Below, one piece after another: positions 56,854 through 64,000 of a DNA stretch of 64,000 nucleotides. The notes below the pieces were generated by a model, which saw only the letters and a program-made list of their open reading frames with translations, ran no database searches and was not told the DNA's origin. Made by a program: the position numbers and the translations under genes. The first letter of the stretch is position 1, and each line of letters starts with the position of its first letter. This DNA comes from a candidate division WOR-3 bacterium (GTDB lineage: Bacteria > Hydrothermota > Tepidihabitantia > Tepidihabitantales > Tepidihabitantaceae). The DNA is taken from assembly GCA_965649295.1 (NCBI GenBank), contig CBFGKH010000001.1:96001-160000 (forward strand). Reading direction: 5' to 3'.

Positions 56854-58476
56854 CTAGTTCAGCTTCACTGCTAGCACAACCGGCTTTGTGACTGTCTCAG
56901 TCCTACCGTCCCCACGCGCGGCCTTAGCATTGACCAAGTAGATACCAGCTGGCTTGGGCCGACCCAGCCGGTCGGTCCCATCCCAACGCAGTTCATAGAA
57001 CCCGCCTGACCCATTATCAAGCAGCTCGCGCACCAGCCGACCCTCCCGATCAAATATGTCAACGTCAATTCGATAGCCACTGGTCGGCGAATTAACGTAG
57101 ATCTTCGCAGTCTGACCAAGCTCGCGCACAAACGACTGCGGCACAATCGAATCGATGACCAGACCCAGTGTCTCCTGTGGATACGAAGCAGCCACATCAA
57201 CCACGTCCGACAGAAAACGTGGCATCAACTGATAACCACTCGTATAAGGCTCGCTACTGTCATACTGGCCGACAATACCGGTCACCCGCACCCGCCTTCC
57301 CCTGATGCCAAGCCAAGACGGCGGCACGAATGCGGTATTGTTGATGCGCAGGGCAATCGCCGCTGAGCCATTCTTTACCGTCATATTGTAGCCCGGCCCA
57401 GACTGATACGGCGCCTGCACGACATCAGCCGTCACCCAGACAAGGTCACTCTCCATCCGCTCGGTCAGACTCACATTGAACGGCAGCTCGCGCGGTGCGA
57501 TGATATTCCTGGTCGTATCAACCAGCACCATTGCGCCGTTGGCCAGTTCGGTCAGACCGTTATACTCAGTGACCGTGCCGATGACCTCCCAGTAGGCACC
57601 AAGCGAGTCAAGCCACCCGACCTGACCGGAATCATAGCTGCCACCGTAAACGTTCACCCCAGCAGTTGAGTCCTGCAGGTACCAGCTCTTCGCTCCGCTG
57701 GTGAAAACATAGGCTGGCCCGCTAACCCAGCCACGCACCCGTACCATCTGGCCGATGCGGGCCGGTGTTACGCCGTCCGGTCCAGCCGCCTGCACCGATT
57801 CAATCGGCAGAATCGGCATGTCCATCGCCGTGCGCGAAAAATCAGACCGGTAGCGCGGCAGCATCTGGTATCCGGTCAGCGGCCGGGTTGTGTCTGAGCA
57901 ATACTGGCTCTTGATTGCGGTCAGCGTGAAGGTGTCGTTCAGCAGCACTAAGCCAGCCAGTCGCGTGTCGGCGTCAATCCGCATCTGCGTCGTCCCTGTC
58001 TGGTCCTGGATGTTGTAGTTAGTGTTCGCCGCAAGAATCAAGGCCGTCGTTGTCACGCCGACAAACCTCACTAGCTCGCCCTCATACTGCTCGCCATTTG
58101 CGTCCGCACAGGTCAGGATGCGCGGCTCGGGCAGGGGCCGGTCGCTGGCCAGACGGGTGATAACGGCATTATCAACCTCGGTCTTGCCCCGATACCACTG
58201 AACCCGGCCTGTAACCAGTACGCTGTCGCCAAGATTCGCATCCTGCATCGTGAAGCTGAACACGTTCACCCCGGCCGAGGTGTCCTGGACATAGATGTCA
58301 GTGTAACGCTGATCAAAGAGACTGTCCGGTGCGGTCACGATGCCGGTGATGGTGACTGTCTGTCCGCGCCGGTCTGGCTTACCGTCGCCGTTGGCATCAA
58401 CGATAACCGCCCGAATCGGCTCCTGTGCCAGCACCACACCGGCCAGCAGTAATGTCAGGAATACCCATCGCTTCAT
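56854..58476 (-). CDS. Secreted protein with about 4 OB-fold-like repeats and a C-terminal FlgD-Ig/T9SS-like domain
   Basis: V.V.G.V.....YxQD.TAGVNV, V.EY.G.TE, E.ELV, G...QY......GYQ..PR...D (duplicated); IFD.EGRLV, WDG.D..G...PAG.Y. Confidence 0.7.
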   Translation of the reverse strand: MKRWVFLTLLLAGVVLAQEPIRAVIVDANGDGKPDRRGQTVTITGIVTAPDSLFDQRYTDIYVQDTSAGVNVFSFTMQDANLGDSVLVTGRVQWYRGKTEVDNAVITRLASDRPLPEPRILTCADANGEQYEGELVRFVGVTTTALILAANTNYNIQDQTGTTQMRIDADTRLAGLVLLNDTFTLTAIKSQYCSDTTRPLTGYQMLPRYRSDFSRTAMDMPILPIESVQAAGPDGVTPARIGQMVRVRGWVSGPAYVFTSGAKSWYLQDSTAGVNVYGGSYDSGQVGWLDSLGAYWEVIGTVTEYNGLTELANGAMVLVDTTRNIIAPRELPFNVSLTERMESDLVWVTADVVQAPYQSGPGYNMTVKNGSAAIALRINNTAFVPPSWLGIRGRRVRVTGIVGQYDSSEPYTSGYQLMPRFLSDVVDVAASYPQETLGLVIDSIVPQSFVRELGQTAKIYVNSPTSGYRIDVDIFDREGRLVRELLDNGSGGFYELRWDGTDRLGRPKPAGIYLVNAKAARGDGRTETVTKPVVLAVKLN

Positions 58477-59735
58477 CGCTTCAACTCCTTTTCGACCAAT
58501 GCTGCTGCTTCATCCAGCGCTGCCTTGGCCGTAGCCTCACCGCGCATCACTTTCTCCAGGGCGTCGCCGAGAATCCGCCGACCGCCGAACCAAGCCTCGC
58601 TCTTCGGCTCGAAAGAGACATACTCAAGCTGCTCCAGCACTTCGCTCAACCCAGACGTCGTCCGCAGCACTTCCTGATAGACCGGCAGCCCGATTGACGA
58701 CCGCCGGGCCGGCACATAGAAGGTTCGGACTGCCCATTCGGCCTGCTGCTCGGGTGCCGTGAACCACTTGATAAACTTCCAACCAGCCGCAACCTGTTCT
58801 GGTTTCGCTCCCCGGAATATGCCGATGTTGGTGCCAAACGAGAGCACATTCGGCTTGTCCCAACGTGGCACTCGGGCCATGCCAACCGGAAAGGTCATGC
58901 TCTGCTTCATAAACACCCACGAGACTGACGTCCCCCAGATGCAGCCGAGCTTACCGGAAAGGAAATCGTTTTGCGGGTCATAGCCCGTGCTGAAGGTGGC
59001 AACTGAATCACGGGCCACCAGGTCATGCATAAACTGGGCCGCCCGCACCCCGGCTGCCGAATTGAACAGTGCCCGGCCTGCCGCCTCGTCCAGGAAATCA
59101 CCGCCCAGTTGACGCAGCATGCAGCCAAACATCCACTCGTTCACTCCGCCGGCCGTACCCCAAACTCCCTTCTGGCGATCAGTCAGCTTCCGGCACATCT
59201 CCCGGAAATCCTCCCAGGTCTCGGGAAAACGGTCATACCCGGCCTGCCGGAGCATCTCGACATTATAGAAGAAGACCGGCACTGACTTGTTGAACGGCAG
59301 TGTTATCAGCTTTCCGTCCCACGAATTGTCATCAATGAAAGCCGGATAGAAATCAGCCAGCTCTGCGGCACCAAGCCCGTCTGGCCCATGCACGAGCGAG
59401 TCAAGCGGCACCAGCTTGTCTAGACCAAGAAACTGGGTTGTCCAAGATTCATACATCTGGGCAATCACCGGCGGCGCATTGACCTGCACTGCGCCCATTA
59501 GCTTCTGCGACAAGGTCGAGTAACCGCCCATCGAGACCGGCACGATGTCAATATCGGGATGGGCTGCTTCAAAACGCTGCACCATCGAGTCGAGCGCATC
59601 GCCCAGCGGCCCACCCATCGCGTGCCAGAAGGTCACCTCGACCCGCCCTTTTGGGCTTCTACCCGAACCGCCGCAGCCGAACAAAAAGGCCGCAACCAAG
59701 GCGGCCCCCAATAGCCTGAAGATGTTAGATTTCAT
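58473..59735 (-). CDS. ABC transporter substrate-binding lipoprotein (UgpB/SBP_bac_1-like)
   Basis: Lipobox LFGC, VTFWHAMGG, LPFNKS, P.TWE, W.FIKW. Confidence 0.88.
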   Translation of the reverse strand: MKSNIFRLLGAALVAAFLFGCGGSGRSPKGRVEVTFWHAMGGPLGDALDSMVQRFEAAHPDIDIVPVSMGGYSTLSQKLMGAVQVNAPPVIAQMYESWTTQFLGLDKLVPLDSLVHGPDGLGAAELADFYPAFIDDNSWDGKLITLPFNKSVPVFFYNVEMLRQAGYDRFPETWEDFREMCRKLTDRQKGVWGTAGGVNEWMFGCMLRQLGGDFLDEAAGRALFNSAAGVRAAQFMHDLVARDSVATFSTGYDPQNDFLSGKLGCIWGTSVSWVFMKQSMTFPVGMARVPRWDKPNVLSFGTNIGIFRGAKPEQVAAGWKFIKWFTAPEQQAEWAVRTFYVPARRSSIGLPVYQEVLRTTSGLSEVLEQLEYVSFEPKSEAWFGGRRILGDALEKVMRGEATAKAALDEAAALVEKELKR

Positions 59736-59801
59736 CCGGCCATTCTAACCCTCACCTTCTGTGAGTCAAATCACCGCCGGTCGCGATTCCGAACCAGACG
59801 C

Positions 59802-60359
59802 TCAGCGTCGGTATGTCCCCATCACGCTCGCCTGACCGAGGATATGGCCTGCCATCGCCTGCATTAGCTGGCCGGCAGTGGCCGACTGCCCCAGTTCAAG
59901 CTTAGTATCCAGCGCATAGATGTCAAAATAGTAGCGATGAGTCCCGGCTGGCGGCCGCGGCCCGCCATAGCCGACACGACCAAAATCGTTCTGCCCCTCA
60001 ACTATGCCAGACAACAACCGCGCCGAGCCTGACACCCCCTCTTCCAGCCGCTGCAGGTCCGGCGGGATATTGAAAATAATCCAGTGAGTGAACGTCCGGC
60101 CCGGTGCATCCGGGTCTCGGCAGACGATCGCCAGACTCTTCGTACCAGCCGGCACATTCTCCCAGTGCAGCTCGGGCGAGATATTCTCGCCGTAGCTGGA
60201 AAACCGTTTCGGTATTGGCTGGCCCGGCGTAAACGAGGCCGACGCAATGCTCATACTCGTCGGCGACGTAGCCCTGACTGCCGGTTCGACCGACTTCGGG
60301 CCCGGCGGCGCACCGCACCCAGCCAGCAACAGAATCACAAGCAGCAGTCCTAAAGCCAT
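59802..60359 (-). CDS. YbhB/YbcL (PEBP/RKIP-like) lipoprotein
   Basis: Lipobox LAGC, SP.L.W, DPDAP, HW, Y.GP.PP.G.HRY.F. Confidence 0.9.
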   Translation of the reverse strand: MALGLLLVILLLAGCGAPPGPKSVEPAVRATSPTSMSIASASFTPGQPIPKRFSSYGENISPELHWENVPAGTKSLAIVCRDPDAPGRTFTHWIIFNIPPDLQRLEEGVSGSARLLSGIVEGQNDFGRVGYGGPRPPAGTHRYYFDIYALDTKLELGQSATAGQLMQAMAGHILGQASVMGTYRR

Positions 60360-60420
60360 TATGCCTCCTCGAATCAGGCTAATCCTCAATACCAGTCTGT
60401 CAATAGCAGGGAACAACCAA

Positions 60421-60742
60421 AGCAGCAGAGCAAACCCCGCTACTAGCCGCGTACACAGGCCCTCAGACCAGGTTCTGTCTAGGAGTGTCGCTGGCCTGGG
60501 ACCGAGCCTATCTGGAGACCCCCCTTCCCACGCTACTCAGAGTAGCTCATCAATCTCATCTCGGAGCCTAATCGGCAGCCCTGACCGAAACCTGGTACAG
60601 AACAGGCTTGCAGACCGAACGACAAGGAACCCTGGAAAGCTTTCCCCTAGCATCTTGGCAAGGCCACTAGCGAACAGTCCCGGGGACAAGGGAGGGGTAG
60701 CAAGCCAAGAGTCAGCTATCAGATTGTTGCAGCGCGACTTAA
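60421..60742 (-). repeat. Dispersed element copy C: 27-bp head, CCCGGG box, about 22 degenerate 12-bp units
   Basis: Minus-strand head TTAAG-N17-GATAG (60742-60716); TCCCTTGTCCCCGGG ends at 60679; units ggccttgccaag, agctttccaggg, cggtctgcaagc, gggctgccgatt, aggctccgagat, gggtctccagat. Confidence 0.7.
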
Positions 60743-60988
60743 GACCCATAAGCCAGAACTGGCCCCGCACCTTGAAAGGGGTGCAACGAGCGATTCTCAC
60801 CCGAGACAAGAATCCTCATTCACTTGGGCCTTATGGTGCTCTGAGCTAGAGCCGGTCGCGGTTGGCTGTTTGTTCAAGACTAACCACAGCCATGCCGTTT
60901 GCGCCCTGATGGAAAAACCGCGGCGATTGGGTCGCACCGAGACCGCAGTTGCTTGACTGGTTCACTAGAAGCCCTAGAATCCACTTTC

Positions 60989-62047
60989 ATGACCAGCAGA
61001 ATCAGGCAGTTGCGCAACAAACTGGCAGCTGGCCGGCTCGACGGCCTGCTAGTAACCGACCCGCTCAATGTCCGCTACCTATGCGGCTACACCGGCTCGA
61101 ACGGTGCTATGCTTGTCACGCGCGAGACCGCCTGGTTCTTCACCGACTTCCGCTACAAGGAACAGATTCGCACCGAAGTCACTGGCTGCCGCAAGCGGAT
61201 CCTCAAACGCCACCTACTTGCCGAGTTTCCTACTGACGTTCTCCGTGGCCTACACCGGCTTGGATTTGAACAGCATCACCTGACCGTCGGCTCATACCGC
61301 CTACTCCGAAAGCAAGTCAGCAGGATTCGACTTGTGCCAACTGCCGACCTGGTTATTGGCCTTCGCCGCACCAAGGAGCCTGCCGAGGTGCGAACGATCA
61401 TGAAGGCACAGGCAGTAGTGGATGCCACCTTCAAGGCCGTGCTGCCGCTGCTGCGGCCGGGCACCAGCGAAAAGGAGATTGCCCTGGCGATCGAGTCACG
61501 TTTTCGCGAGGCCGGTGAGGTCGCGTTCAGTTCGATTGTCGCCTCCGGACCGAATGGCGCCAAGCCTCATGCCGGGTTCAGCGACCGCAAGCTGCGCAAG
61601 GGCGATGCCGTTACCCTTGACATCGGCTGCCGCATCAACGGCTACTGTTCGGATATGACCCGAACCGTCTTCATCGGCAAGGCGCCAGCCCGACTCCGCC
61701 AGGTCTATGAAATCGTGCTCGCGGCGCAAGGCTTGGCCCTGGCTGGCCTGGGCCCAGGTGTCCGGGCCGCTGCTGTTGATGCCCTTGCCCGTGACCATAT
61801 CAAGCGCCACGGCTTCGGCAAGGAGTTCGGCCACTCACTCGGTCACGGTGTCGGCCTGGCCGTGCACGAGCTACCAACCCTGGCCGGGACCAGCAAGGAT
61901 GTGCTCCAGCCTGGCGACATTGTAACAGTTGAACCCGGCATCTACCTGCCTGGGCAGGGCGGTGTCCGGATCGAGGATATGGTTCTCATCACTCCCCAGG
62001 GCTACCAGAACCTAACCCACAGCCCCAAGGAGTTGATCGAGCTCTAG
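60989..62047 (+). CDS. Xaa-Pro aminopeptidase (M24B)
   Basis: TDFRY, IVASG...A.PH, DIG....GYCSDMTRT, HSLGHGVG, HE, EPGIY, GVRIED. Confidence 0.92.
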   Translation: MTSRIRQLRNKLAAGRLDGLLVTDPLNVRYLCGYTGSNGAMLVTRETAWFFTDFRYKEQIRTEVTGCRKRILKRHLLAEFPTDVLRGLHRLGFEQHHLTVGSYRLLRKQVSRIRLVPTADLVIGLRRTKEPAEVRTIMKAQAVVDATFKAVLPLLRPGTSEKEIALAIESRFREAGEVAFSSIVASGPNGAKPHAGFSDRKLRKGDAVTLDIGCRINGYCSDMTRTVFIGKAPARLRQVYEIVLAAQGLALAGLGPGVRAAAVDALARDHIKRHGFGKEFGHSLGHGVGLAVHELPTLAGTSKDVLQPGDIVTVEPGIYLPGQGGVRIEDMVLITPQGYQNLTHSPKELIEL

Positions 62048-62068
62048 CCCACCAAGGAGAGAGTTGCG

Positions 62069-62626
62069 ATGATAACACCCAACGAATTCAAGTCCGGTAC
62101 CCTCATCCGTTACAACGGCGAGATGTACGAGGTTATGACCTACTCGCGTACTCGCACTGCGCAGCGCCGGGCCCGGGTGCTGGCCCGGATTCGCAACCTG
62201 AAGACCGGAGCGATTATCGAGGAGTCGTTCGAGTCGGAGATGAAACTCGAAGAACTCGAGGTGGAACGTCACCGCTGTCAGTACATGTATCAGGACGACC
62301 TCGGCTATCACTTCATGGACACCGGCAGCTATGAGCAGATAACCCTCTCCCCTGAAGTCCTCGGCGACAAACGCCTCTATCTCACTGAGGGTCTCGAACT
62401 GGACATAGACTATATTGACGGCCAGCCGCTTGTCGTCGAGCCGCCGATGTTCGTGGTACTCGAAGTCGTTGATACCGAACCGAACTTTCGCGGTGACACT
62501 GCCACTGGCGGCGGCAAGCCGGCCCGACTGCAGACCGGCCTGGTCGTGACGGTTCCCTTCTTCATCAAGAACGGTGACCGGGTGCGCATTGACACCCGCA
62601 CCAACACCTACGTCGAGCGGGCCTAG
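62069..62626 (+). CDS. efp: Elongation factor P with non-canonical loop
   Basis: RNLKTG, FMD..SYEQ, GDTATGG.KPA.L.TG..V.VP.FI..GD...IDTR...Y.ER; follows the M24 peptidase gene. Confidence 0.93.
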   Translation: MITPNEFKSGTLIRYNGEMYEVMTYSRTRTAQRRARVLARIRNLKTGAIIEESFESEMKLEELEVERHRCQYMYQDDLGYHFMDTGSYEQITLSPEVLGDKRLYLTEGLELDIDYIDGQPLVVEPPMFVVLEVVDTEPNFRGDTATGGGKPARLQTGLVVTVPFFIKNGDRVRIDTRTNTYVERA

Positions 62627-63988
<1,362 letters not shown>

Positions 63989-64000
63989 TTGCAAATCAAC

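Overview
About 60% GC (by eye) bacterial chromosomal window with roughly 45 CDS and one tRNA-Leu(GAG). I found no rRNA, CRISPR array, integrase or transposase. The gene content points to a diderm, probably anaerobic, protein/peptide-fermenting organism: lnt, an LpxH-like gene, a TonB-type OMP, korDABC, etfB, hutI/ftcD, and several large secreted proteins with T9SS/FlgD-like C-termini, including two gingipain-like C25 proteases and a CARDB/Kelch protein. An uncultured FCB-related lineage such as candidate WOR-3 is an inference only. The most unusual observations are these. (1) A family of dispersed intergenic elements (24.0, 42.8 and 60.4-60.7 kb, possibly also 0.6 kb). Each has a 27-bp imperfect palindromic head, a CCCGGG-type box about 37 bp downstream and about 300 bp of highly degenerate 12-bp tandem units. 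One copy sits divergently next to a 407-aa XRE-HTH gene. (2) Sigma70-type promoters show a strongly preferred 16-bp spacer, and many appear leaderless. (3) A biotin-carboxylase paralog with eroded catalytic motifs directly follows an EF-P with a non-canonical TAQRR loop, with no accB between them. (4) An ornithine decarboxylase + deoxyhypusine-synthase-like pair. (5) Short 7-bp and 9-bp repeat scars around korD and around a truncated toxin-antitoxin-like cassette.
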